Source: Euprymna scolopes (taxonomy: Eukaryota). Taken from it: a stretch of 64,000 nucleotides of DNA. Location of the stretch: the NCBI GenBank assembly GCA_053919585.1, contig CM132798.1. One strand, given 5' to 3'. A program made the translations under genes and the position numbers. The notes beneath the pieces were generated by a model that was not told where the DNA came from, made no database searches, and worked only from the letters and a program-made list of their open reading frames with translations. Positions 1 through 12,769 of the stretch are shown here, piece by piece. Positions within the stretch are counted from its first letter, which is position 1; every line of letters begins with the position of its first letter.

Positions 1-17
1 AAATTTGTATTAGAATT

Positions 18-360
18 GTCCGTGACGCAGTGGTTAGATTACTTGGAAAAAATCAATTATAAATGTTATAATCTCCTGAAGGTTGAAGGCTCAATCCTAA
101 GTGTGGTCAACCAAAAATACAATTACGAATTACTTAGGACCTCTATCCATTCATGGTTAATGGAAGAAGAGCTTGCTACCCTTGTGAAGTAAATAAAGGG
201 TTCCGTTTGAAATTCCGTCGACAAAAACATTCCCAAGTTCGAAAAGATACATATGAAGAAGATCGGAGATTACATCGACCCAAACGTTGTGAAAATCTCA
301 CTCAAGATGAAAACAGTAGTCTGAGCAATCCAAATAATACAATTAACCTCATATCAAAAA
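18..360 (+). mobile_element. tRNA-headed SINE-like element with decayed 3' hammerhead (family B)
   Basis: A-box-like GTGACGCAGTGG and B-box-like GGCTCAATCC; ATGAAGAagatcg..cgacCCAAACGTTgtg is a degraded CUGAnGA..GAAAC-GUU; tail aagatgaaaacagtagtc resembles family A tail; related copy at 51810-51970 (-). Confidence 0.6.
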
Positions 361-541
361 TTCAAAAACGTCACGGTAGAGGCACATATAATCTGTGTAT
401 TGAAGAAAAAATTTATATACATTCAAAGAAAGCTACTTATTGCTGCATGTAGATAAACAAATAAATCAATACGTTCGCAGTTTTCATCAAATTAGTTCAC
501 TCATACATCCTGTTACATGCTTAAATAATATATCTACAATA

Positions 542-747
542 CAGTAGAATTCTGGGATACGGCATTAAAAGTTAGTAACAAAATATATTACAGTATATAA
601 TACACATGTATATCATAAAAAAAACATTATAAATAACACCGTAAGGCAGGGCCAATACCGTAACCAGAGACAGAAAAACACCGTATTCCACATAGTAATC
701 TGACAAGAAAACATTTCTTAGGGTCATCGTATCCCGGGGTTCTACTG
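542..747. mobile_element. Tc1/mariner-superfamily (pogo/Tigger-like) MITE
   Basis: TIRs CAGTAGAAttctGGGATACG / CGTATCCCggggTTCTACTG with TA on both sides; no ORF. Confidence 0.75.
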
Positions 748-939
748 TACTATTTAACTTATTTAGAGTTTATAATTATCTTGATTTTTAAGTAACACTT
801 GACAACATTTTGAAACAGGATTTACGAACTTTGATGTTAGAGATTCGCGTAAAGTTATCTCTTCTGAACATATCACACAATATAACACCCAGTGGAAATA
901 AAGTTTAGTTTGCATAAATATGCTAAGTGCTCCAACAGA

Positions 940-1740
940 GCTGGGAAGGCGATTCAAACTGAAAACATAAGGCTTGCTAAAGATATCGATATATAAAGAG
1001 CTTAAAAAAGAAAAAATGCAATTTCATTGGCATGGAAGATAACGATTAAATTCCGCATGCCAGAATGAGAGAAAATTAAGCAGTGAATATATACGCCTTG
1101 TAAAAAAAAAACTTATAAAGAAAAGCAATATAGATGCAATTAACCAGCTTTACATGGCAGTGATAACGAAAAGTTGTGACAGTGTTTACTGGCATGATGT
1201 GGCATAAACAAACTGGACCCTAAAACGTGGAAAATGATGACACTGTAGAGAATAAACAGCGGCTTCCTAAGTTTTATCTGCTCAGAAAAGCAGGAGGTCG
1301 CTCAGAAATTAATCAATAACATCGTGCCGCTATTGTAAGCACCGGGCAATCCCTGATGAGCTCCCAAAATCCAAACCTGAAAATGGTACACGAACATCAC
1401 GAAACAAACCCAGCAGAACAACCTTCATCACGAAACTAGTCAAACATTTTGAATAAGACAGTCTTAAAATAAGACGGAATTAGAAAGCAAGGCTGCTACA
1501 GAAATAGTCCAAGGGTGTCGCCAAAAATACACCAAGAACGTTCATTCCAAAAAAAAAAAAAAGAAAAATGGAAAAATGGGCTTACTAAATGTGTGGCAAA
1601 TATTTTCTGGGTGAATTTACCCAGGACTATATTAAAAAGATCTATAGAGGGCTGAAAAGAGGATCGCTCCACAATGATCAGGAGTAGATTATAACAACTG
1701 CGAGGATCAAGATTTTATGCTTAATGCTTTTAAGACAATA
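940..1740 (+). mobile_element. Degenerate R4/Dong-like non-LTR retrotransposon fragment (post-RT region)
   Basis: Frame-hopping translation gives SEYIRLVKK, IDAINQLYMAVIT, LDPKTWKMMTL, FYLLRKAGGR and LKRGSL..E*IITTA.DQ, matching the R4-clade RLYLPRKEGGRG and WLxxGxLxxETExxIxAAQDQ motifs. Confidence 0.65.
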
Positions 1741-3573
1741 AGTGGTCTCAGTCTTAATATAATCGTGTGATCGATTTATTTCTACATATATGTGTCTCAC
1801 CACTCAAACAAAACCATTGTAAATTTTTTCTCCCTAAAATAAGTCCTAATGCGTTCATAGGATCAAATAACTTACAACCTTATGACCAATACATATATCG
1901 TGATTTAATAAGATATCAAATAGAATATAACGAACAAGCTATCGTAACTTACTTGCAGAAATATGCTCTTTACATCAAGTCAAAAAGTCCTTAATTTTAA
2001 GCTGTCTCAAAAGTCATATAAACTTATTTTGTTTTATATTAACAACCTTTCTTGCATTGTTCATAATGGTGTATTTGCACGTTGTATTAATAACAGCCAA
2101 GGATACTTCTCTTCTAAGACCGAGATATGTTTCGACACCAGAGATGATTTCGTTCAGGACCGAACTTATCCTGGAATGTCGACGAATCCGTTCCGACGAT
2201 CTCAGTACCCGATTAAAATGTCTTCTCGAGGAAACTGTTTTTCATGCCTTCAGTTGCGTGTTTTATTTTACTGCAGTCGGAAGTAATTAAATCATACGTA
2301 GATTGGAAAAAGAAAATCTTTAAATTTTACTGCAGTATCAGTGTCAATATTTTTTGCTTAAAATGTATTAAATCAAATAAAATATGATTGTAAAAGTATG
2401 GCTTAAAAACCCTCCAAATGTAAACTCTTTAAAATATTAATATTTTGTCAAAATATACACTTTACAAATGTTCAATCTTTAGTAGTATGTGTGAGCGTAA
2501 AATAACATTTTTAGAGTATTCTGTTTCGCAGAATTCTTCCGCATCTCTAAGATGTTTATTAATTTTGTTTAAAATATAGAGGTTGCTACATCGACTCTTC
2601 GATTATTTTGGGAGAATCAGATTTAGTATTCTACCTTTATTGTGTATTACACAAAATCAATTTTGTCGGCATTTGATTGAAAACAAATTAATACTACAGC
2701 GGTTCATAATGAAACTATAATTTTAAACGCTATACGAAAACGCAGTTTGAAAAAACTGTGGACAATAAAAAAAAATGATAGCCTTTTATAAAGTTGCTTG
2801 TAAGATTTCAAACAATATCTCCCATTTGGGGGTAAAAGAGCACCATGTCTTTAAGTAATTACTTACAAGGTAAGAATTCTAATAGATATTGAGTTCTAGC
2901 ATTAAAAACTGTTGCGACATAAAACAACCAAATCTGTACCCAGATGTTTTATTATTACTCCTACGATATTCCATACATTAACTATGTCTGTATTGCCAAC
3001 GGACCTGTTGTTTATGTTAGTGCCTCACTTTCACAATAAGTGAATTTAAAGCCAGAGTACTTGATTATTCAGCAGACCTTCCGCAAGGTGCTAAGGTGAC
3101 GCGTCCGAGGCTTTTGATTGTTACATTATTGATATGTTCTCTGTTTGATTGCTTATCGATTAGTGGTTGAATGTTATCCACTCCAGATCTGTTTGCTTAG
3201 GAACAGATATACAATAGCGTATTTCTCTTTCTCTCATTAATTCTTCACTCATTTCTATAAATGACTCGCTCTTCCGTTTTGCTTGATTATAAAAACCAAA
3301 AGTAGCGCTCGCCAGCAAACAACTCTCTTTTATTACACAGTTTTATGCCTGTGGCCATTGCACTAAATTTGTTATTCTCTTTCTCACAAATACAAACAGC
3401 ATTTATGAAACACGAAATTTAGTTTTTCAGGCAAAACTATTCAATTCGTACCATAACTGTTTATACTGATTTCCATCACGTCTGTGTTAATTATTATTTT
3501 TATTCTATCCATTAAACTGAAACACTTGTAAAAACACGTTATTTCAATAATAGATTATCTTAATGTTGGTCGT

Positions 3574-3621
<48 letters not shown>

Positions 3622-3950
3622 CATACATATATATGTATATATATATACACTATAGTATAATATAACTGTCTCAGTACGAGGAAAATGATATTAAGCCTTA
3701 TGTCAAAGGTTCCTGATTTAATTTTTAGCAAAATCGATTGCATGATTCTCATTATACAACACATCTGAAATATAATGGTTTAACTTAAGAAATTTCAAGA
3801 AAAAAAATTAAATAAAGAAATTTTAGTTAATAGGACCCTACTAAATGTAGACGAACTTTTCATGTCATGTATTCTAATATTCAAATGGTAATTTGGGCCT
3901 CCGAAAACTCTTTAAAGTACTCCACAGGAACTGTAATTTTAGGACATGTA

Positions 3951-4157
3951 CAGGGTAACCCAAAAAAACAAAAGCTACATGGAGGCCATCTAGAACATAT
4001 GTTGTAGAACGGAGAAAAAAGGCCAAAGACCCTAGTGTTTTGATGTGATGTTTTAAATATAATAAACTAGTTATGACTAAAGTTTCATTTCATTCGGACA
4101 AAACACTAAGAAACGGCGCCTAATTAGAGTTAGGCCCGTTTTTTGGGGGTCACCCTT
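3951..4157. mobile_element. Tc1/mariner-type MITE
   Basis: TA-CAGGGTaACCCAAAAAAAC ... GTTTTTTGGGGGTCACCCTt-TA imperfect TIRs. Confidence 0.65.
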
Positions 4158-4388
4158 TATTAAATCATGTAATATAATAATGCAAAAATTTTACAAACAT
4201 CAGTATTATCTGAATTTAGACAAAATGCTCCACCCTCTATTGCTTACATTGCTTAAAACTAAATGTAAGTACATGTATTCTGTTTTGACCATATGCTCTT
4301 AGTGGTTGCATTTTATCCTTCATAATACTCGGCAAATAGTTAAAGAGTAAATTTGTGTACATAAAAATACAAATATACATCATTTTAT

Positions 4389-4422
<34 letters not shown>

Positions 4423-4426
<4 letters not shown>

Positions 4427-4617
4427 CGGAGGGGGGTACCCGGCGTTGCCAGGGTGTTTGGAGGTGTGTGTGTGTGTTAAAAAGAGGTGTAAGAGAAAAA
4501 TGTTTTGGTACACGTTATATTTGCATGAAATGTCTTGAGTTTTAATCCTATTAAAGTCAAACTCAGAGAGGAAAAAAATGACTTCATTTTATTTATATAG
4601 AGAAGAGAAGAGAAGAT
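4423..4617 (-). mobile_element. Non-autonomous Helitron
   Basis: Minus strand ends with hairpin CCCtGGCAACGCCGGG then CTAA; other end TC..CTATATA; inserted in (TA)n; same terminus at 11121, 38958, 50941, 54832. Confidence 0.6.
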
Positions 4618-5170
4618 ATATATATATTATTCCATTAATTCCAATTGAATTTAATAATATTGTTTATAGTACTCAATAAAAAGGGCAGAATATATTTTAT
4701 TCAATTAAGGTTATTTTCTCTATTTTATACAGAGCACGGTCTGAAATCCACTAAAAAATGTTCGAGCCAGTGTTTATCAATTTGTGCCAACCGTCTCTGA
4801 TTAAACAACGTAACATAGTCATAATTTGGAACTTCGATGATATTGTTTCTTTTTCTTCTCGTCCTTATATTTTTCTACCCTCACTGGTAATGTATATTCT
4901 TTTGACCACGTTTTAAAATGATGCTGCCCCCCACGCGTTTGTCGACCTTTAAATATGTCGACCGAAAGACGTTTTAATAGAGTAGGTTTTTTTTTCTTAG
5001 CTCACCCCTTATTTACCACTATTTTGTCTAATTTGCTTTTTTTCAAATATTGAATTAGAGCTAAGGAGAGAAATTATTTTAGAAATCTATTTTAGTTTCT
5101 GTTCGTTGTCACAGTTTTTCGTCTTTAATAATATATGTTGAAACTATATTAAAAAATACACACACACACA

Positions 5171-5207
<37 letters not shown>

Positions 5208-5433
5208 CAAGTAAGATATTAATAATACTTATCACTTTAAAGTATTTTTATTTTTTCTACCGATTTTTAATATTTGTAATTAAAGGAAAATAACTCTAAC
5301 TGTATCTTATTTTCGAGGAACATAAATCTGTATCTGAGGAGTTGTATATTAATTTAAACCATCTAATAAAACCCGTTTAACACAAAGTATAAATGAGCAT
5401 ATGTAATACATCTTTAGTTTTTGATGTTTACTT

Positions 5434-5484
<51 letters not shown>

Positions 5485-6188
5485 GCGTGTGCATTCTATG
5501 TGTGTAGATGTATGTGTATTACTTGGCAGGAAACTGATCGGAATAATTACATCGTGACGATCTACTACTGTTTCTCATGTAACTTTCATAAAACAATTCC
5601 CATTAAAAACAATTCTTCGTTAGAAAATTAATAAATTTGGAATTATCCTGATATTATTATTTTTAATAATAATAATAATAATAATAATGTATAAATATAT
5701 GGAAATAGAGGGACAGAAAGAGATAAAGAAAGAGTGAAAAACAGAGAGAGAGAGACTTATAATTAAGATTCCAACATGTGTTGCACAACACAGGTGTCAG
5801 ATGAATCGTGAAGCAAAAGATGAAACAAAAGTGGGAATTGCTTCGTGAAATGATGAGAATCATCTTAAGATCGATTAAGTATATATAATTTATTTGCAAT
5901 CTGTTGCACATCAACAAACTATTCTTTATTGAAAAAATCTTTAACCTATATTTTCAATATTCCTGTTTTGTTTTCAACAGTTTAGTCTTCATACCTATAA
6001 ATGAATGCGTTAAAAGTTGTTGTACCCACAGGACAATACCTACTGGCTCAAAAACTTCTACACGTTCTTGTTGATACATGTCCAAGTATCTACAAACCCA
6101 GATTTCTAGCAATATACTGAACTAGTAACTTTGATTTAGTGACATTCACTGGGAACTCAATTTTCTACGTTGAGGTTAATGTTGCCTC

Positions 6189-6252
<64 letters not shown>

Positions 6253-6281
6253 GATTAATACAAACATTGATGGCTACATAT

Positions 6282-6337
6282 TTGCATACATGTTTCTGTA
6301 ATCACCCGTTATTGGGGACATTACGTCTTCAGGCCAA
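6282..6337 (-). ncRNA. Type I hammerhead ribozyme motif, helix I decayed
   Basis: Minus: CTGAAGA c GTAAT[gtccccaataacgggtg]ATTAC a GAAAC AT GTA; helix III ACATGT is palindromic. Confidence 0.55.
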
Positions 6338-6829
6338 GAATTTCCCTCGAAAACTGAAACTCAAGATACAAAAACATTTTCTTATATCACTTACAAAATT
6401 AGAATCTTGTCATAGAATAGGGGCGGGGTGTGTCTGAGTAAGATAAGCAAGGCGTCTGATCAATCCTTTTATCTCAGACATTTATTTTTTCTCATCTTTA
6501 CTTCGATAGGGGCAATTTATATTTTTATTCGTTTTATAACCTTAAAATTAAGTATCTACTCTCCGGTGTAGCATCGTAAATTACTTGAGAAGTCATACAA
6601 TATGTCGCCTATAATCAACGGTCAAACTTTAAGTGGTCAGCAATTTCAAACTGCCATCCAGTATGGACAAAACGATATTTTCGATTTTCACACACGCATA
6701 TTTCGGAAGTATACATACACAAATTCACAGGAGTGGGTGCACACCTTTTGTATATTGCCTTACACATACATACAGAAATATAAAATATAAAACCGTAAGA
6801 AAACCAAAAAATAAAATATGCAACAATAC

Positions 6830-7110
6830 AGTATATACATGCATAGACATATAGACTCGCATACATCTGCGTACATATATACATAAATATACACACATAC
6901 ATATATATCTACACATACGCATCCATATTATTTACACTAGAAGTAAATACATATTCATACAATATACATATATATTTATACACGTACTTACACCCACACA
7001 CATATATCTACATATATAACCATATACATATACGCATAACATATACGTATACATAAAAACATATACATATCCATACATAGCATATTTACTTACGCACACA
7101 CACATAAACA
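6830..7110. repeat. Degenerate (CATA/CA/TA)n low-complexity tract
   Basis: Cryptic ACAT/ATAC repeats; source of spurious YVCM-rich ORFs. Confidence 0.85.
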
Positions 7111-8425
7111 CGGAGGAAACTTTTTCGACACCAAACATAAATAATGCTATGATTTATTTATCTAGATAATTAAGTCATTTAGCATGAAATTTCCATTAAT
7201 TTATTACATATATAGAGGAAAAACACATACCCTCTCACATAAAGTTTTATGTACGCGTTGAGCACTTATAGTATAGTTATATTGGTCGTGCCATGCTTTA
7301 GTTTACTACGGGGTTAATAAATGATAGTCGAAGTAAAACGTCAATCAGGTAGTAAGCCAGTAGCGGTTTCTAAAATATTGACCACAATATAAAGACAGGT
7401 TTTTTGTTTTCAATAAGACCTTGATAAATTTAACGATTAAATAAAGTCTGATAATTACATGTTTCCTGTAGAAGATCAGGCATAATATAAAGTTTAATGA
7501 CTAGATATTTTATTTCTTATTTTTATCGAGATTAAAATTTGCTTTCGAAACGAGATGAAAAATGAAATATTACACAACTATTTATTGGAATTTAATGTAT
7601 ATCTTGCTTACGTAATTAAATGCGTCTTATCTAAGTTCAATTTCAATCAATCTGTTTGGGCTGCCATATTTCCGTGGGGGTATTACACTTTGCTTAGTAA
7701 TAAGAGAAAAATATCAGGAATAATGTTTAGTGCTTAAAAACACGTACAAATAAGTGAACACAACCGCATAGGAAACGTATATTTATGTGTAGCTTTTGTT
7801 TAGTATATGATGCCAAATAAAATCTCACTTAAAATTATAATATCGTCCAACTTTACATGTATATTCCTGGTAATCATTTACAAATAGACGTTACATAGAA
7901 TCCTAAATTTCTCGAGACAAAAGCTCTCCTATTGCACTCTAAGAAGCCAATATCAGATATATGTATATAATATGTACATTAACATTGTTGGTCTCCCAAA
8001 TCATATAGTTAGACAAGTCCCCAATGCTGTATCGATTATTCTACTTCTCCATTCTTTTATAATAACATAAGTTGTTTGGAAATAAACAAACAACCGATTT
8101 CAAGGAAACCTATCCAAAAGTAACGCGCTAGATGATATACAGAATCACGCTTATTATAGGTGAGTTTAGTTTAGAATAAATAATTGAGGAAAGGAAACAA
8201 GAACAGGCCAAAATAATCATAACATATACACTTTGCCTAGCTCTTATATGAGGTTTGGGTTCACTTACTTTATCGGGTCAGATTTAAGCTGGCCGTTTAG
8301 TAAACTAAAAAAGTTATACCAAAAATACTTTATTTGTAAACCTGCAAAACAGGTAAGGAAAAGAGATTTCGTAAACTTGCATAATCAGTTAAAGAAAGGT
8401 ATTTTTAAAAAGCTTCTATATCGAA

Positions 8426-8473
<48 letters not shown>

Positions 8474-8982
8474 ATTGCGCACTATTATATTCCGCTATCT
8501 TTCATTTCAAATGGCGTAATAACATAAAATAAAATTGCAACTGTTTTTTCGGACTATTTCCGATATATGTAATCATGTCCTATTTTTTTTATATTCTTTA
8601 AAATTTTCTCAGGGCTGAAAATATTCGAAATTCAACTAAATAATTATATGATGGTTTCTGCGTCACGAAACAGGTGTTGTAAGAAATTGAGCATTTTTAC
8701 ATGCTGAAAAAATAAACTTTAAGATGAACAACATCATGGAATTTGAAATATAGACTTTTTGTCATTTATTTATATATAATTTATTGTTTTATTTAACATG
8801 CGCCGAGATTCATAAATAAAAGGCTTGGGGAAATATAATTCAATAAGCCCATTTTCTCATAAAGACACACACACACACACACACACACACTTTGAACAAG
8901 ACGTATTGCAACTTGGTCGTAAGAATCTTCTATTTGATATTATATCTAACTGGAGAGTGTGGAAATTTGTCTAGCGAATTTT

Positions 8983-9335
8983 TTAATTTTATTTTTATTT
9001 CGGACTATTAGTCTCATCTTATCTTTTTATTGGTGCACAACGTTTCGGCCAACTTCCTCTGGCCTTCGTCAGGTGGTAACCGCGACGGATAGGAACTTCG
9101 AATATCCTAACTGCATTCTCAGCAATCACTGCCATCCGTAGTTGTTGTCGTCTCACCACATTTTTGACCAATTACCTCTGGCACGCTTTGGGTGGGATTA
9201 AAACCGCTATCTTCAGACAATGTTCATCTGGAACCGTAGAGATTCAACGTCTCTATCAACTGCGCCACGGGCCCCGAAGTCCGAAATAAAAATAAAATTA
9301 ACATACAATGCTCATCTCAAAAATAAAAAAAATTC
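8983..9335 (-). mobile_element. tRNA-headed, hammerhead-tailed SINE-like element (family A) with inverted tail
   Basis: Minus: GGGCCCGTGGCGCAGTTGATAG (A box) ... GCGGTTTTAATCCC (B box) ... HHR at 9036-9075; perfect 24-bp inverted repeat 8983-9006/9278-9301; paralogues at 28472 and 28856. Confidence 0.8.
9036..9075 (-). ncRNA. Minimal type I hammerhead ribozyme
   Basis: cac CTGACGA a GGCCA gaggaagt TGGCC GAAAC GTT gtg: helix I cac/gtg, 5-bp helix II, loopless palindromic helix III (AACGTT), GUU cleavage triplet. Confidence 0.8.
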
Positions 9336-9809
9336 CAATATGGAATAATATATAAGCGAATTTTTTGTTTACATTACTTTTAAATTTCTGCATGTCAGTA
9401 CAGTCCAGCGAGCAGGAAATAGGAGGAATATTTCAAAATCTAGCATTCCAAGAGCAGAAGGCTTTTCGGCATCTAGGCACCTTAACAGTGAAGCGATATC
9501 ATTATTCTGCCTATTCGGTTGCGCGGATATATGTACACCAAGGAGGAACAGTTTTCTTTATCACTAATCAGACACAGCTTCTAATCTAATCAGATATATC
9601 TAAAACGCCGTCGAAGATAGAATGGCTGGTACTTGTATGACGAGGAATATCTTGCTAGATTCGAAAATTATGAATTGAATAAAAATATAATTATCATGAA
9701 GATACTTATTTAATGACATTCGATTTGAATACAACCAGATTTATGTGTTCCATAGACGTACAGTTTTGGAGATGAGAATAGTCATGAAAGTTCCGCTTGC
9801 TAGTAGGAT

Positions 9810-10090
9810 TTGTTGGTTTGATTGTTTTTGTTTTACGGTATATCAAGCCTTTTCAGGTTATTTAATGCCGAATCCAAAGATTTTGAAGAATTTTTTTTTT
9901 AATAGAATATATTTGTTGTTTTCAAGTCGGTTTCTATTTAACCCATAGTTGGGACCCTAACAGGTACTACCACTTCGGGTCAGAGTGGACCTGGGAGCAA
10001 AGGCAATTAATGGGTGGCTCCACAGTCCCCAAAGTCCGTAAGCTGGGTCCTCACCACTAGATATAGTTTTAGGTCATATCCAGGACCTGC
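9810..10090. repeat. Probable SINE-like interspersed repeat remnant
   Basis: GC-richer non-coding island with sharp borders and a duplicated flank (tgctagtagga at ~9798 and ~10088); single copy in window. Confidence 0.35.
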
Positions 10091-11029
10091 TAGTAGGAAG
10101 ACACAAAAAATAAATGATATTGTCAGTTTTAGTAGCATAAATCGTATATTTTTGTTGATATCTTGTAAATAGGAATTAGAGATAGGGGTCTAGTCAAGCA
10201 TTCAACATGAAAATAAGGATAGGGTATAGAAAAACTAGCAAAGTGTCTTCTATGATGCTTGCATCGTATGTACCAAATAAAACGTGAATTTATTCTGAAC
10301 TAAATATCATGTATCAAACGAGTTGTAATTAATTCATCGGATTGAGTCCCTTGCCCATGGAACTTGTTTGATTTTATGTATGCAAATAGCAATTAATGAA
10401 AATGATCAACGCAATATCACAACGGGAAGAGAATAGAACCAGCGTGCCATTGAATTATGTATTATTTCTTTTCAAACAACGTCAGGTAACCACAATCATA
10501 TGAAATACGATTCAAATTAATTATTTACGAAACACGATCAACCAAACAACGGGCAAAAATGTATATTTATTATTCTATCAATCTATTTGTCAGTTTGTGT
10601 CTACGTCTGTTAATCTATTCTTTTGTCTACCGATGTTTATTATTCCTTTTACTTGCATGTACACCTTGGTGACAATCCATTTCTATGAACTACGTATATT
10701 AATATTATAAAAACTCACCAAATGACTTCAACTGTATTGATTCGATACATCCACCTTTTCAAATCTGGTTACGGTTTTGTAAGATTTTACACAATATTAT
10801 ATATGTGTGTGTCTGCTTCCGCTTGTCCCCCTTTTTCTGTTTCTTTCTTTCTCCTTTCAACCTCCCTTTATTTTTCTCTTTCTCTCACTTTTAATAAATA
10901 TAAAATTGGCTGTAAATTTGTTTAATTGTTGCAGTCAGATGCTAACCCTGAATTAGTTCTTCTTATCTGATAAGGCCGTTTTGTTATTGAAATACATTTA
11001 TTATGTAATTGATCTTACTTTTTGTTGTG

Positions 11030-11120
<91 letters not shown>

Positions 11121-11300
11121 CTAGCAGGCCCCCAGCATTGCTCGGTCGTAAAATACGCTTACATATGATATTTTGATTAATGCAGATTTCGCATTTATTA
11201 TTATATTATATTGAACTCAATATATAGTAATGATTTCAAAGTTTTAAAAAATGACTCGTGCGCCAACACCTAGAAACGAAACCAAAACGTTTAGCTCACG
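11121..11300 (-). mobile_element. Helitron 3' terminal region (extent beyond 11300 uncertain)
   Basis: CTAG + hairpin terminus next to (TA)n; aligns by eye with 54832-55000 and 50941-51115. Confidence 0.6.
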
Positions 11301-12565
11301 ATTTACTCTTTTCTTTTACGTTTCATGCCCGTAGACATGTCCTTTAAAGTTTGATTCCGTAGACAAAAAACTGACAGAGAAGTTTGGTAGGCAAAATTTT
11401 TAAACAAATACATATATATGCATGCATAAATATATATTGAAATAGGTTTTTGTTTGCTATAACCTTTTTTTTTCTAATATTACACAAGTATAATTTTTGT
11501 AGAATATCTGTATGAATATAATTACATGTAATGGTAAACTAAACATAATCATACCATAAGAAAACCTAAAAAAAAAAACTAATAGGAATTAATTAAAGTT
11601 AATGTTTAAAAGAATATGCAAATTAGCCAGATCTTTTGCAGATGAATGAAATTCCACGACCCATATATATAACAAAGTTCTATTTTCTTTTTAAATAAAT
11701 AGAAAAACGGTTTTTATATGAATATCAATACACACAAAAAAATTTAAAGGAGTATAGATAGATATATAGTATCGTTTTAATAGCACATTTCATAACGTGT
11801 ATCCTCGGGTTGTAAGGAAAATCCTTCTAGACTAAGGTAATTTCGATTTTTTTCATAACTCAAAATGCCTTTTTAGGGAGAGATGAAATTTTCCCTACGT
11901 TAAAACCTCGATACTGTATCTAACTATACCCTCGAGGCGGAGGGGGGGGGTCAGGTAAATAGAGACAAATGATCACATTTCGATATGACCGGCCATTTAG
12001 ATTTCAAATTTTGACGTAGATAATACATTGAATACGTTTGACCCCACCGGTGAGTCATAGACGACAAACAATCTTAGTGAATGATTATATACATATGCTA
12101 CGTTTTTATAGAATGCTCTCTTTAATAGAAGAAATAAGAAGCCCCTCTTAAAGTAAAACAATAATTTTTGTAAAGAATATATTTATCAGGCAATAAAATA
12201 AAGTGATAAAAATATAGGTAAACAGATTAAGTACCTATAACTGTAGACTTGTTTCTACTCAACGTAGTTGGTTTGTTTACGAGAAAAGCCCTTTTCACTC
12301 AAATTTCAAACAAATGTATATATAATGTAGAAAAAATCGCCAAGATAACTGTCGATAATAGATAAACGAAAACCATCATTGAATAATAAAACCAGAACAA
12401 TGATTAGTTAATTAATGCGAATTCGTTTTGCAGAGTAATAGTAAACTATGTGTACATATAACATACACATGATTAAGTATATTAGAAAGTCTTTTTTTCT
12501 CTCGTGAATAAGAAATTGATTTATTAATCTCAGTTTCACTGCGATAAATTTTATACACATACGTA

Positions 12566-12769
12566 TACACTGAATATTCCAAGATAAGCCTGAGGAATCC
12601 TAGAGTGGATGAAACGCGGAATACTCAGTGTAGCTTAATCGCCATATATATATTTATAATTTACTAACTATCTCTACCTACGTATTGAGCACTGTTGAAG
12701 TAAATACTTAAAGTTTGCGCATAAGTTTATACTTTCGTATATTAATTTATGTGATTAAATGAAGTAGTA
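12566..12769 (+). mobile_element. Short Penelope-pLTR-like element with hammerhead (family D)
   Basis: gataagc CTGAGGA atcc tagagt ggat GAAAC gcggaatactcagt GTA gcttaatc plus AT-rich tail; near-identical to 60166-60350. Confidence 0.8.

Noticed and set aside
1352-1385. CTGATGAG hammerhead-like box
   Set aside because: Inside R4-like coding remnant; no helix II/GAAA/helix III pairing
2110-2285. CpG-rich patch with partial CTGA/GAAAC on the minus strand
   Set aside because: Spacing and stems do not fit an HHR; ORFs lack motifs
3573-8532. Short ORFs rich in YI/CV/HT repeats (also elsewhere in the window)
   Set aside because: Translations of microsatellites
9208-9220. CTGAAGA just upstream of the B box in family A as a second HHR core
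   Set aside because: Matches the normal tRNA anticodon-stem/variable-loop sequence (CTGAAGG); no closing helix II
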